Positions 52,893-62,604 are shown, counted from the stretch's first letter. The stretch: DNA of 64,000 nt from Octopus bimaculoides (GCF_001194135.2 NC_068995.1:39161497-39225496); one strand, 5' to 3'. Notes: generated by a model from the sequence alone, not told the origin. Numbers and translations: made by a program.

Positions 52893-55800
52893 CACAACTT
52901 TTATAAATGTAGGAACTATAATTTATATAAGTATGAGATCATTACCTGTTCGACTCTAGTGCAGATTTTAAAGGCTTGAAATATTTGTTTTTAAAACCAG
53001 AAAGCATTCTCACGTAGTCCATTTCTGAATTTATTATTTCTGAGGCTATATATCGTCTCTTGTCTGATGGAGGGGCAACTATTTTACCAGCCTGCAAAAT
53101 AAAAGTAGAAATCCAGTTGCAATTTTACCTTATAACTATTTAACTACCGTGATATTTTATGTTTAAAATGGTTTAAAGTGCAGCGTCTGGAATTTGCTAT
53201 CTTTTCCCATTATACGAGATAATGTGGCAATGCTAATAAAAACTGTTGAAGCTATTGATTCAAAATATTACAACGTAGAATTCGTGAAGAAGATAGATTC
53301 GTTGTTCTTGTAATGTTAAGACCAAGTCAGGACTGTTCGAATTGATACATAGAAAGTAGAGCATATGCAACAGAGTACTTAACTGTGACCCACGGATCAA
53401 CAGAGGCAGTTTGCTTATACAGGTAATTTTTGCTTGTATTTTCAACAGAATACCTATTATTTATTGGACAAACTTTGTAAGATTTTATTTTTCAAGTCAC
53501 ATACGTCCACTGAATTCTTCAACTGCACTGTCTGAATAAGAGTTAGGCTGTAACTCTCCTCTTATGTATTTTGGAATAAGGGTATGACTAGCCTATTGTG
53601 TGAATAACTTGGAATAAGTGTATGACTGCCTTGTAATGTGAGTAATTTGGAATAAGGGTATGACTGTCCTACGAATAATTAGAGATATTTATCTTTAATC
53701 TTTTGTTTCGATCATTAATATGTGTTGGGGCACTGCCTCGAAGAATTTGTAGTCAAATGAAACAACCCCATTATTTTGTAAGCTTGGTACTTATTTTATC
53801 GGTATATTTTGACGAATTGCTAAGTTACGGGAACGTAAATAAACACCAACGCCGGTTGTCAAACAGCGGTGGGGGACAAACACAGTTAAAAACACATACA
53901 CACGTACACACACACACACACATATATATATATACATATCTCCTCCAGTTACTGAATACCAAACCCCCTCACAAGGCTTTGTTCAGGCCAAGGCTATAGA
54001 AAACACTTGTCCAAGGTTCCACACAGTGGGACTGAACTCGGAACCATGTGATTGGGAAGCAAGCTTCTTACAACACACACACGCCAATATAACAAACTTT
54101 ATACCATTTTATATTCGATATGAGAATAAAAACCATTATTTTTGCTTTAATTATTTATGTATCAGTAATAATAGAGAGATTGCTGCGATGAATCATTTAC
54201 TTTATTTATTTCCAAAAAGCATATTACATAATATGTGATATTTTTTTTTCAACGAATAAAGAAATAAAGAAATAAACTATATGGATAAATCGACACTGAA
54301 TAGAACGCAAAAAGTGTGCTTATTATTAGTGATAAATAAATAATTAAAAAACAAAATTACTATATTTTTTATTCTTATTTTTAATATTCTCATTTTGAAT
54401 AGAATTATTCCATTTTGAATGGAAATATTCTCGTTTTGGAAGGAATTATTCCATTTTCAATGGATGTATTCCATTTTGAATGAAATTATTCAATACTGAA
54501 TGAAATTATTCTCTTATTGAATGTGAAATGGTGTAGAATGATAACCCTTGAGGATTAATTGCCTGTTAAGGTTATTCTTCACAAATATCGTGTACTCTCG
54601 TGTCGTAGACGGCAGATGTGGGTTCTGTAATTTGTAGCTGGACAACCTGCACGGATGATGTTTATACTGATCAAGAGTTTATGGTTTACATTAGCTCGCC
54701 ACTCCTCCAAATCGACATTGACTGTATGGATACAAGGTGGATTATACGACATAAGACGAATTAATCGCAGAGCAACGTGAGATGAGTTGTTTTGCTCAAG
54801 AATGCAATACATTACTCGGTTCAGAAATTGAACCCGCGGTCCCATGATCGGGAGTACAACTTCTTACTGCAATGCCACTCGCGTCACTATTTCACAAATT
54901 GTTTAATCCAAGGACAGCCATACCAAGCTAAGCCAATTAAAGCTGCTCTACCGTTGATTATCCCGTCTTTTTTGCTTATCCAACCTACATCATACAACAA
55001 TTCTTTCTCACTTTTAATATATTTAATGCAAAGTGATTTAAGGAAGATCTCACCACTGTTTCCAGTAAATGGAACGAATTCGCTGAGGAAATTCACGTAA
55101 AAAGAGAATATGTAAATAATTAGCAAATTTTACCAACATACCACATGTAAAACATGTTTTCTTCTGAGCATAGAGCTTACTTGCAAATGTCCAGAAGCAG
55201 AGTTCGATTCCACAGTTTTCATTGTGTTATTTTTCAAAAATAATTTGGAATCTGAAAGGAGAATTTACATTAATTCATAATGTCATACACCCACACACAC
55301 AAACACATCTAGACACACATGCGTGTGCATGTGCCCGAACACTTACATTAGATACATACATGCACATACATATATGTTTGTGTGTGTGTATGTATATATA
55401 TATATATANNNNNNNNNNNNNNNNNNNNNNNNNNNNNNNNNNNNNNNNNNNNNNNNNNNNNNNNNNNNNNNNNNNNNNNNNNNNNNNNNNNNNNNNNNNN
55501 NNNNNNNNNNNNNNNNNNNNNNNNNNNNNNNNNNNNNNNNNNNNNNNNNNNNNNNNNNNNNNNNNNNNNNNNNNNNNNNNNNNNNNNNNNNNNNNNNNNN
55601 NNNNNNNNNNNNNNNNNNNNNNNNNNNNNNNNNNNNNNNNNNNNNNNNNNNNNNNNNNNNNNNNNNNNNNNNNNNNNNNNNNNNNNNNNNNNNNNNNNNN
55701 NNNNNNNNNNNNNNNNNNNNNNNNNNNNNNNNNNNNNNNNNNNNNNNNNNNNNNNNNNNNNNNNNNNNNNNNNNNNNNNNNNNNNNNNNNNNNNNNNNNN

Positions 55801-57838
55801 NNNNNNNNNNNNNNNNNNNNNNNNNNNNNNNNNNNNNNNNNNNNNNNNNNNNNNATATATATATATATACGTTATTTTAGCATTAAATCCATTATTATTC
55901 CTGCTATAAAGACCAAATGGCTGCAGTTGCTGGAGATATTAATGTAACCCATAATTTCATTTTGGATAACCTGAAGACCTATATACAGGTGCGTGGTTTA
56001 GTGGTTAGGGTGCCGGACTTATGCTCATAAGATTGTGGTTTCGATTCCTGGACTGGGTGACATGTTGTGTTCTTAAGTAAAACACATAATTTAACTTAGC
56101 TCCAGTCCACTCAGTTGACAAAATTGACCGGCATCCCATTTTGGTGGGGTACATATACCACATGAAACCAAGGAAGCAGCTCTTATGAGTCGGTTTCACT
56201 GGAGAAGGTAACTGTATGATTATGATAACAATGCAAAAATAGAAAAGAAAGGAAAGCAGCTTGAATGAACAACAACATTTGGAGCTGATATAGAAATTAA
56301 ATTTGACGGAAAGAATTGTTCATATTCGATTGCTAAACGTGGAAAATCAATCTCCAACACCAAAAACCTGTGCATCAACTGTCACATTATCTCTTCTGTC
56401 CCACGCAAGTATGCTACAAGTACTTAATCATTGACGAAAACATATCATACGATGATACTGTGAAAATAGAAAAAGGGACCCAAGACTATTGTGCCAAACT
56501 AAGATAAATATCGCGGAAGGAAACTCTCCTCTTACATCAAGAGAATATTCCACAATGGATTGGCGGCAACAGTGCAATTCTCCAATAACATAGAGATATG
56601 TACGATATACTTTCTAAATGTACAGCATAAGTATTTTCTCCCAGCCATTATAACAAAATGGACGTTGATGTTCCATAATTTACAGGTGTAAACAGTGTAG
56701 TCCTAGTAATGTCCGTATGTCTCATTAGATACCGTATTATTCGGCACCCAAGACAAATTTCTCAAAAGAAAATTTCCACCAACAAATGTAGGTCAAATTA
56801 TAAACCAAAAATTGTGTGTGAAATGCAGCAAGATTTGTAAAGATAATGATGGTGTTTGAATGGTTAAACCACATGTTTATGATATGTATGTAGCGTTCAT
56901 GTTTCTCATAAACTGTCTTCAAGTTTATCAAACGTACTCGAATTCTGTATAACCAAAAACATTATATGCGTCTCAGATCATGCAGATTCTAGTGTCAGCA
57001 ATAATCTGACATTGTATCCAGGAAGATATTAATTATTAATTAGCGGACATTGTTAATCATCTCGTATGAAGGTTATCACCCGGATTGTATTTTGCAATAT
57101 TAATGTTCACTATCATAAATGACGATGTCATATAAGTCGTTAAGTCTCATGTATGCTTCCGTTTTACCTTAAGCATAAACTTGCCGTCTGAAGCTATAGC
57201 AATTATAGTGTTAGATTTTGTTTTATAATAGTTCATAGAAAACTGTTGTTTAGAATTTCTCTACTAGGTGGTTATATACAAACATTCATACATGCATAGA
57301 ATCAAACCCACATATGCGTATGTATGTATGTATGTATGTATGTATGTATGTATGTATCTGTCTCTCGCTCTCTCTCTCTCTCTCATTCTCTGTATATNNN
57401 NNNNNNNNNNNNNNNNNNNNNNNNNNNNNNNNNNNNNNNNNNNNNNNNNNNNNNNNNNNNNNNNNNNNNNNNNNNNNNNNNNNNNNNNNNNNNNNNNNNN
57501 NNNNNNNNNNNNNNNNNNNNNNNNNNNNNNNNNNNNNNNNNNNNNNNNNNNNNNNNNNNNNNNNNNNNNNNNNNNNNNNNNNNNNNNNNNNNNNNNNNNN
57601 NNNNNNNNNNNNNNNNNNNNNNNNNNNNNNNNNNNNNNNNNNNNNNNNNNNNNNNNNNNNNNNNNNNNNNNNNNNNNNNNNNNNNNNNNNNNNNNNNNNN
57701 NNNNNNNNNNTATACATACAAGATTTATAACGAAACAAATCTATAAGCTTGAAATTTCTGTAGTAGAAAAGGCTTCACAGGCTCCTCATTTCATTAGCAT
57801 CTAAAGTCAAGGAAACACTTATTTCGTTCAAAATACAT

Positions 57839-57918
<80 letters not shown>

Positions 57919-58352
57919 ACGTGTGTGCATAAGACTGCAAAACTGCTGCTTGTATACAGCGAAATAATATAAATTTATTACTTATTGACTAATATCAGTC
58001 TTTCCACCATAGCACACTCTCATGAAATTAAGTATTTTAATGCTGACTATTAAATATACTCCTTGATTATGAGACAAAGTCAGCAATTATAGGTAGAGAG
58101 CTAGTCCATTTCATCGACCCCAGACATTGGCAAATACATACTTTGGCGGCCCCAAATGTATGGAAACCATAGGCGACTCCGGTTGAATAGACTAAGAAAT
58201 AGATAGATACATTTATGCAAGGCGAATGATATGTAAATGATATGTGTTTGGACCACAGACAGAATATGACGATTCTTTACAAAAACGAAAGAAACTAATG
58301 GAATGACCTACTGTAGATAGATACAAGGTTTGTATATGTATATATATATATA

Positions 58353-58383
<31 letters not shown>

Positions 58384-59183
58384 TATATATGTATATATGT
58401 ATGTATGTGTATGCATGTACGTATGTATGAGTGTATACATATATATATATATATATATATATGTGTATGTTTGTGTGTGTATATAGATATATAAACGGAT
58501 TCTTTTTTTTTGTTAAGCATTTACCTGTATCTATGTGATTTACGCAAATATTGCCCGTGGACGTGTTAATCTTGCTTCCGGAATTTGAAATAACATTTTG
58601 CTGTTTATCATCACGAATTCCATCTTTCGGTTCATCTTTCTGAAATAAAAATTTATCTCAGATTCAATTTAGCCATTCACAGATTTAAACATTTTTTGTT
58701 GTGTGACAGTGGCGGCTCTTTATTTTGCATTGGTATTGCTTATGTATGTTTCAGCATTGATCGAGTAGCGCTATAATTAAAAGCCTTACATTTCAGATTT
58801 TTCGGATTTCTCCGACTCAGAAGCAAATTGTACCAGTGTGTCTTTCCTTTACTAAGACACTAATCCCGGCTAGAGTGAGATTTGGCTACTATTTATAGCA
58901 AGTTAAGTATCGTTGTTGAAAGTCCCCTTTTAAACTGAACATTGTTATATAAGTTGCTAAATCATAATAATTCAACAACGTATCTTTCCGATATGGATTT
59001 CATATCCAGGAATATGTAGAGACTGTAAAATGAAAGAAACATTTTAATGGTTAAAAGGTTGTGAAATAAAATTGATTTCAAATAAAATAAAAATTGAAAA
59101 CTTGATTCCTTTAAAGTAAGTATATACAACAATAGAAAACTAGAAATTTCAAAGGCCACATTACATATATAGACACACACACA

Positions 59184-59256
<73 letters not shown>

Positions 59257-60586
59257 GGGTACAGGAAGTCACCAAGAGTAAACAACATGAAACACGAATA
59301 CAAATTACTTCAATACGCAAACAACGATAAAAACAAATGGAAAAGGACAAGTAACACAAATAATGACTTTTCATCAGTTGACGGCTGTCTATCTACTCCT
59401 CATTTCGAGCATTGAACTACAATATGAGTCTTCGAAGACAGTTGCTCTCATAAATACCAAAATATAATTTTGAATTTATGGAGGGTTAAAATTGGGAACA
59501 AAAACAGGACGGTGGAAACATACAAGGAAACAGAACGAAAACAATCATTGTGGGTCGTTAGACCACACTCGGCAATGACAGCCCGATCTCGCTCCATTTC
59601 CACTATACCAGTTATTCATAGATACATAGTGGTAAATAGGTAGGTAGGTAGGTAAGTAGGTAGGTAGGTAGGTAGGTAGGTAGGTAGGTAAGTAGATAGA
59701 TAGATAGATAGATAGATAGATACATACATACATACATACATACATACATACACACATACATACATACATACATACATACATACATAAATACATACATGCA
59801 CATACACACTCGTTCCCCACCTAGAAACGGTGTAGAAATTGCAATAGATATGATACCTTTGGAACAACACACTTTTTGTAAACATGTGTGTGTCAACGGT
59901 AGAGAGAAAATCTTTCTGTTTTATATTTAATCTCCATATTGCTTATTCTTCACACGAACTCATTTCTCTCGGTGTTGTGTGTTTCTAATTCAATAATCCT
60001 GATCTCTCTGAACCCTAAAAACCAATTATATGCGACATCAGCGATATTGATTATAAACTTAACGTCACTTTAGACCGAACCAGGACGATGCTTCTCTTCC
60101 ATACAAAGAATAATTACAGTATTGGTTGTTCTGTTTGTCATTATTGATCCTGCTTGTTTCCTTATCATCTCATGCTGAGGTCTATTGTAGTGTGTATTGA
60201 CTGGATATAGCATCTTCTACCACCAATCTTTTTATCAATTTCTCTCTCTCTCGCACGCGCTCGCTCTCTCACTCTCTCTTTAATTTTCTTTTGTCTTTAT
60301 CTCTCTCCCTTTCTAATTTTCTTTCTGTCATTCTCTCCCTCACTTCCTTTCTTTTTTTCTCTATTTTGTTTCTTTGACTTTTATTTCTTTTAAATCCATT
60401 TGCTGTCACCAGTATGGCTTCTGTAAACTTATATGATAACCTAAGAATCGTTGACGGCTATCGTCTACTCCACAATCTGATACTTCGCAACTATTGGACA
60501 TGAACAGAGATTGGCGACTGATGAAAGAAATATGACAACGAAATAAAAGAAAAAACCATACCGTCTCCATTTTAATTCTAATAACT

Positions 60587-60619
<33 letters not shown>

Positions 60620-60645
60620 GTCATCAGCATCATCAGCATCACCAC

Positions 60646-60678
<33 letters not shown>

Positions 60679-62007
60679 TATCATTATCATCGTCGTTGTA
60701 GTCACTGTCGTTATCTTTCTCCTCCTTCTCATCATCATCATCATAGTCATCTTCATCGTCCTCATTATCAGCGTCGTCGTCTTCGTCGTAGCCACCCTCC
60801 TCCCCCTCCTCTTCCTCCTCCTCCTCCTCCTCCTCGTCATCATCATTAACGTTGTCGTCGCCGTCGTCGTTATCATTGTCATAACGTCCCTGTCATCATC
60901 ATCATCNNNNNNNNNNNNNNNNNNNNNNNNNNNNNNNNNNNNNNNNNNNNNNNNNNNNNNNNNNNNNNNNNNNNNNNNNNNNNNNNNNNNNNNNNNNNNN
61001 NNNNNNNNNNNNNNNNNNNNNNNNNNNNNNNNNNNNNNNNNNNNNNNNNNNNNNNNNNNNNNNNNNNNNNNNNNNNNNNNNNNNNNNNNNNNNNNNNNNN
61101 NNNNNNNNNNNNNNNNNNNNNNNNNNNNNNNNNNNNNNNNNNNNNNNNNNNNNNNNNNNNNNNNNNNAGCAGCAGCATCGTTATCTGAGTCGTCGTCACC
61201 GTCGTCGTCATGGTTGTCGCTTTTTTTAATCATATTTTTTTTTACTTCTTTTATGATAAAATTTTCTGACAAAACTTAACAAATTTTACAAAATTTCATA
61301 AAATTTGTTTCTTTAATTACCATTTCCGTTAATTTCGTAAGCATTGAATTGTAACTTAATCGTATTTTTATTTATGATTGTATTCATTTCGTAAAATTAA
61401 TTTTTAAATCTAATTAATCGGCATAAATGAAATGAAATAAGCGGTATTTCAGACATTTTATACTTAGTCACATCATAATGCACAGCAGAAACAAGTTGGA
61501 AGTATGAAAGGGTGGCTCGCAGATATTTTAGACTCTGCTACCCAGGTGAATGGAAATATCAGAAAATACGAAGTTTTAGGCAAAGTATTCACTACGGGTG
61601 GAGGCGCGTGGCTATGTGGTTAGAGTGTCAGCATCATGATAGTGAGATTGCGGCTTCCATTCCTGGACCGGGCGACGTGTTCTGTTCTTGAGCAAAACAC
61701 TTCATTTCACGTTGCTCCAGTCCACTCAGCTGGCAAAAAATGAGTAACGCTGCGACAGATCAGCAATACTTTATTATTTGGGGATCAGCAATACTTTAAT
61801 ATCTCCCCTTCTCCCTAGCTCTCCTGTCCAACCCCCTCTGTCCAGCCAACCGCCATGATTGACCTCTAGCCCCTAAAGCTTTTTTTTCTTCTCTCTGTGT
61901 TTATTTCCTCATGTTCATTTCTGTGGAAGAGCGTAGGCTCGAAACGTAAAAGACTCTCACTCTCCCGAGCATTANNNNNNNNNNNNNNNNNNNNNNNNNN
62001 NNNTACA

Positions 62008-62043
<36 letters not shown>

Positions 62044-62487
62044 GTTATATGTGTGTGTATGAATGTGTATAGGAGTGTTTTTTTAACCTGCTAACTATAT
62101 TCAATTTCTTGTGTGTAGTTATATATATTTCAACGGTAATCTTTTCTATGTATACGTAAATACATTCACAATTAAACAGACGCTTCATTTGGGAAGTTCC
62201 AACAAAAGTTTGTTGCTGAATTTCTCTCGAGTTTTAACTATTTGCATTTTTGTGTGAAGGACAATACCGTTGATCATAATAATTTCTGACGTAATCTATT
62301 AGAGTTTATAGAGTTATACAAAACAAAGAAAATACCATGAAATTGTATTATTTGAAAAACTCTAGGAATAGGTGTTTGAACGATGTTTAAGCTTAAAAAT
62401 TATATTACTTACCATTTGTTTAAAAGCATCTTGTTTTAAGCCACATTTCTCCATTAGAATCAAAGTGAGATGTTGTAAAGAATCTCC
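13050..62487 (-). CDS. ECT2L: ECT2L-like RhoGEF, partial gene (8 exons covering linker, DH domain and the DH-PH junction)
   Basis: Exons 62487-62413, 58639-58525, 55251-55181, 53091-52946, 50073-50005, 45407-45183, 22104-21948 and 13115-13050 all have AG/GT ends and compatible phases (0/0/1/0/2/2/2/0/0). Joined frame includes [20 protein letters not shown]...[27 protein letters not shown]...[24 protein letters not shown]...[19 protein letters not shown]...IINCP, which matches the ECT2L DH region as I recall it. No search was run. Confidence 0.9.
14185..14590 (+). repeat. Local duplicated block, copy 2
   Basis: Colinear with 10915-11320 and ends in the same SINE head. Confidence 0.85.
14596..15360 (+). 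mobile_element. Tx1/L1-clade LINE, 3' fragment with internal deletion
   Basis: [26 protein letters not shown] (post-RT domain) and the CPRC...[10 protein letters not shown] zinc knuckle. Confidence 0.8.
15650..15850 (+). mobile_element. CORE-like SINE, degenerate
   Basis: gagttcagtc...ggcacttaggacaag...gacggaaactgaaagaagccc. Confidence 0.6.
15870..16200 (-). mobile_element. Penelope-like element, GIY-YIG endonuclease fragment
   Basis: Minus strand, with frameshifts: [12 protein letters not shown]...[14 protein letters not shown]...VVYEAGV...GLCGGN...GNKQSSFRY. Confidence 0.7.
17200..17375 (-). mobile_element. CORE-like SINE
   Basis: Reverse complement gtaggcgtggctgtgtggtaagaagtttgcttccc...gggctcggtcccactgcgtg...gtagacggaaacgg. 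Confidence 0.75.
17330..17690 (-). repeat. Local duplicated block, copy 3 (inverted)
   Basis: Reverse complement caaagacgtcataaaatatgtgcacttccaaataaccatatccgag...gcaccgtcaaaatggtaggcgtggctgtgtggtaagaag aligns with copies 1 and 2. Confidence 0.85.
18560..18715 (-). mobile_element. tRNA-derived SINE, degenerate
   Basis: ggtacttttatcgatccc...atgaaag...ctaagcatttt...tgccagctcg. Confidence 0.6.
20112..20375 (+). mobile_element. tRNA-derived SINE (GTGGAGGC..TGG..GGTGGTTAG head)
   Basis: A-box-like tggcccggtggttag. 3' part gtggagtgctcagccacttgcacgttaatttcacgagc also occurs inverted at about 29935-30050. Confidence 0.75.
20545..21059 (-). repeat. Head-to-tail tandem array of SINE units (period 219 bp) running into a gap
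   Basis: Junction gtgctaacgtttc|ttatttctttattg occurs at 20733 and 20952. Confidence 0.85.
21530..21773. mobile_element. Tc1/mariner-type MITE (244 bp)
   Basis: TA flanks at 21528-29 and 21774-75. Imperfect TIR CAGGGCTGGCAAAAAGTCACCGGACAGTAAATC versus CAAAGTTGGCTAAAAGTTACCCGACAGTAAATC. Confidence 0.75.
21948..22104 (-). CDS. ECT2L: ECT2L-like DH exon ([16 protein letters not shown]...NSFIQQ)
   Basis: aattttcag acceptor, CAG|gtacgg donor, 157 nt, phase 2-0. DH L..LL..P..R...Y.LL..LL.HT...H.D motif. Confidence 0.95.
22261..23528 (-). mobile_element. Full-length mariner relic (pseudogenised transposase)
   Basis: TIR core GGTCATCCCATAAATAA at both ends, about 1.27 kb. Minus strand reads [37 protein letters not shown] and YPPYSPDL. 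Confidence 0.88.
23630..24005. repeat. Dispersed-type repeat with a TTAGGG-rich tract (interstitial telomere-like sequence)
   Basis: Degenerate TTAGGG from about 23845, perfect (TTAGGG)4 at 23920-23943, and an opposite-strand cataacccgaaccctaaccataa at 23978-24000. Confidence 0.6.
24907..26118 (-). mobile_element. Full-length mariner relic (pseudogenised transposase)
   Basis: Perfect TIR TTGGGTCATCCCATAAAT with TA at 24905-06 and 26119-20. C-terminus reads LFHQDN...[18 protein letters not shown]...[18 protein letters not shown]. Confidence 0.92.
26371..27494 (+). repeat. Pair of about 178-bp direct repeats (26371-26548 and 27316-27494)
   Basis: Both copies run cttatattgtgacaaagaatt...ttccagacggtaaaataatctggaagtct. 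Confidence 0.85.
27930..28135 (-). mobile_element. tRNA-derived SINE
   Basis: Reverse complement gtgaaggcgcatgactcagtggttagagcg...gggtgttcgattccc (A and B boxes). Confidence 0.75.
29464..29580. repeat. Compound trinucleotide microsatellite (GAT)n(GAC)n(GGC)n
   Basis: Seen directly. It produces spurious poly-T/A/R ORFs in the track. Confidence 0.9.
29935..30050 (-). mobile_element. SINE 3' fragment
   Basis: Reverse complement of part of 20112-20375. Confidence 0.7.
30420..30560 (-). mobile_element. tRNA-derived SINE fragment
   Basis: ctcatttttcccagctgag...ccggaactcgaacgcacgacc; same family as 61598-61755. Confidence 0.6.
33100..33295 (-). mobile_element. tRNA-derived SINE
   Basis: agtcgattacatcgacccc...aatttatcgaccc...ggaattcgaact; family of 45813-46040. 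Confidence 0.7.
34540..34900 (-). mobile_element. Probable Penelope-like RT C-terminal relic
   Basis: Minus strand, heavily decayed: [21 protein letters not shown] and a later AINKNPKP segment. Confidence 0.4.
34905..35055 (+). mobile_element. tRNA-derived SINE, internally deleted
   Basis: gacgaactggcagaatcattag head, aagcaccagctgagcactgggg, and a caaaaatttgaaac tail. Confidence 0.6.
35520..35880. mobile_element. Palindromic MITE (about 360 bp)
   Basis: tctgttgtgtctgaggagagtcattttc...ccggtaaaatttccact is inverted to agtggaaattttaccgg...gaaaatgactctcctcagatgcaacaga. Second copy at 6062-6325. Confidence 0.8.
36370..38110 (-). mobile_element. R4/Dong-clade non-LTR retrotransposon, 5'-truncated and decayed
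   Basis: RT motif (F)[37 protein letters not shown], the CRLC...THVISSCP knuckle with RHD, and a restriction-like endonuclease region ending KTFLKFPM*. Confidence 0.85.
40045..40515 (+). mobile_element. RTE/BovB-clade LINE 3' end
   Basis: [30 protein letters not shown], then [12 protein letters not shown] after a frameshift, and a short tac-repeat tail. Confidence 0.85.
40945..41150 (-). mobile_element. tRNA-derived SINE
   Basis: Ends in gccagctcgccgcc, the reverse complement of the family head. Confidence 0.7.
43198..44074 (+). mobile_element. Non-autonomous fold-back mariner (877 bp, about 250-bp inverted arms)
   Basis: TA flanks at 43196-97 and 44075-76. TIR CG.G.CTGATCAATAAGTAT.CGG.CTGTTGCC. 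Centre encodes the HTH region [16 protein letters not shown]...[14 protein letters not shown]...KFVPKLLS. Confidence 0.9.
44630..44800 (-). mobile_element. tRNA-derived SINE, degenerate
   Basis: aggcacaagg tail and agtcgatataatcgaccccagtac core. Confidence 0.6.
45183..45407 (-). CDS. ECT2L: ECT2L-like DH exon ([13 protein letters not shown]...RKPEAKML)
   Basis: ttgcaacag acceptor, AC|gtgagt donor, 225 nt, phase 2-2. W....CFGDIF..F...L..Y...VNN DH motif. Confidence 0.95.
45813..46040 (+). mobile_element. Well-preserved tRNA-derived SINE
   Basis: GGCGAGCTGGCAGAAACG A-box-like, GAGTTCAAATTCC B-box, central gcctttcatcctttcggggtcgataaaataagtaccag, and a gtaaagaaata tail. Confidence 0.85.
46130..46260 (-). 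mobile_element. tRNA-derived SINE fragment, degenerate
   Basis: gatttcaattcctaaaccggg...ttgctcagcaatcacttc is similar to the 27930 and 54790 copies. Confidence 0.45.
46360..46743 (-). mobile_element. SINE split by a 213-bp GC-rich insert (46482-46694)
   Basis: SINE body to about 46481, resuming at gaaacgtaaagacagacgaaatt (46695). Confidence 0.75.
48308..48960. mobile_element. About 128-bp inverted repeats enclosing a Penelope-like endonuclease C-terminal fragment
   Basis: 48308-48435 is the reverse complement of 48828-48960. Centre reads [33 protein letters not shown] (KEAILI...IN motif). Confidence 0.7.
50005..50073 (-). CDS. ECT2L: ECT2L-like DH exon ([22 protein letters not shown])
   Basis: ctattgtttccag acceptor, CAG|gtaagc donor, 69 nt, phase 2-2. 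IIF.DI motif. Confidence 0.92.
51900..52045 (-). mobile_element. tRNA-derived SINE, degenerate
   Basis: ggaatttgaactcagacgtaaag...ttctgccagtttaccgcc. Confidence 0.55.
52293..52329 (+). ncRNA. Minimal type I hammerhead-ribozyme-like motif in a Penelope-type repeat end
   Basis: TCTTT-CTGTTGA-A-GAGC(GTA)GCTC-GAAAC-GTC-AAAGA: complementary stem I, hairpin stem II, palindromic ACGT stem III. Confidence 0.55.
52946..53091 (-). CDS. ECT2L: ECT2L-like DH domain start ([27 protein letters not shown]...LESN)
   Basis: ttttattttgcag acceptor, CAG|gtaatg donor, 146 nt, phase 0-2. Contains the DH helix-1 motif R..I..E...SE..YV..L. Confidence 0.92.
53571..53680. repeat. Minisatellite, 38-bp unit, about 3 copies
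   Basis: ttggaataag.gtatgact starts at 53571, 53609 and 53647. Confidence 0.9.
53690..53900 (+). mobile_element. SINE-type repeat
   Basis: gctaagttacgggaacgtaaa...cggttgtcaa...gggggacaaacacag; family of 2645-2825. Confidence 0.6.
53955..54085 (-). mobile_element. CORE-like SINE
   Basis: Reverse complement gtaagaagcttgcttcccaatcacatggttccgagttcagtcccactgtgtggaaccttggacaagtg. Confidence 0.75.
54390..54525. repeat. Degenerate minisatellite, unit about 20 bp (ttttgaatggaattattcca)
   Basis: About six imperfect units seen directly. Confidence 0.75.
54780..54890 (-). mobile_element. tRNA-derived SINE head
   Basis: Reverse complement gacgcgagtggcattgcagtaag...gcgggttcaatttctgaacc...ttcttgagcaaaac. 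Confidence 0.55.
55181..55251 (-). CDS. ECT2L: ECT2L-like linker exon ([24 protein letters not shown])
   Basis: ttctcctttcag acceptor, CAA|gtaagc donor, 71 nt, phase 1-0, which exactly bridges the flanking exons. Confidence 0.7.
55985..56200 (+). mobile_element. tRNA-derived SINE
   Basis: gtggtttagtggttaggg A-box, ggtttcgattcctgg B-box, gctccagtccactcag. Confidence 0.75.
56270..57100 (+). mobile_element. Old R4/Dong-like LINE fragment
   Basis: [10 protein letters not shown] and [11 protein letters not shown], colinear with the 36370-38110 element but more decayed. Confidence 0.6.
58525..58639 (-). CDS. ECT2L: ECT2L-like linker exon ([11 protein letters not shown]...NHIDT)
   Basis: tttttatttcag acceptor, CAG|gtaaat donor, 115 nt, phase 0-1, open frame. 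Confidence 0.65.
59265..59560 (-). mobile_element. Probable Penelope-like terminal repeat relic
   Basis: Non-coding repeat-like block containing ctgatgaaaag on the minus strand. Family assignment is by recollection only. Confidence 0.3.
60586..60906. repeat. Compound (CAT)n/(CGT)n/(CCT)n microsatellite running into a gap
   Basis: Seen directly. Confidence 0.9.
61598..61755 (+). mobile_element. tRNA-derived SINE
   Basis: gtggaggcgcgtggctatgtggttag head, cttgagcaaaacacttcatttcacgttgctccagtccactcagctggcaaaaaatgagta. Confidence 0.8.
61916..61953 (+). ncRNA. Second minimal hammerhead-ribozyme-like motif, same repeat family as 52293
   Basis: CATTT-CTGTGGA-A-GAGC(GTAG)GCTC-GAAAC-GTA-AAAGA, followed by ..cccgagc as in the first copy. 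Confidence 0.5.
62413..62487 (-). CDS. ECT2L: ECT2L-like exon 1 in window ([25 protein letters not shown])
   Basis: tagcag acceptor, ATG|gtaagt donor, 75 nt, phase 0-0, open frame. Region is weakly conserved, so the call rests on splice signals and phase. Confidence 0.6.
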
Positions 62488-62491
62488 CTGC

Positions 62492-62590
<99 letters not shown>

Positions 62591-62604
62591 TAATAATAAT
62601 GATG

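Noticed and set aside
53571-53680. CRISPR-like repeat array
   Set aside because: The intervening segments resemble each other, there are only three units, and there are no cas genes. This is a eukaryotic minisatellite.
60410-60510. Plus-strand acceptor-like site followed by [29 protein letters not shown]
   Set aside because: The pyrimidine tract is a CT microsatellite, the ORF is short, and no partner exon was found.
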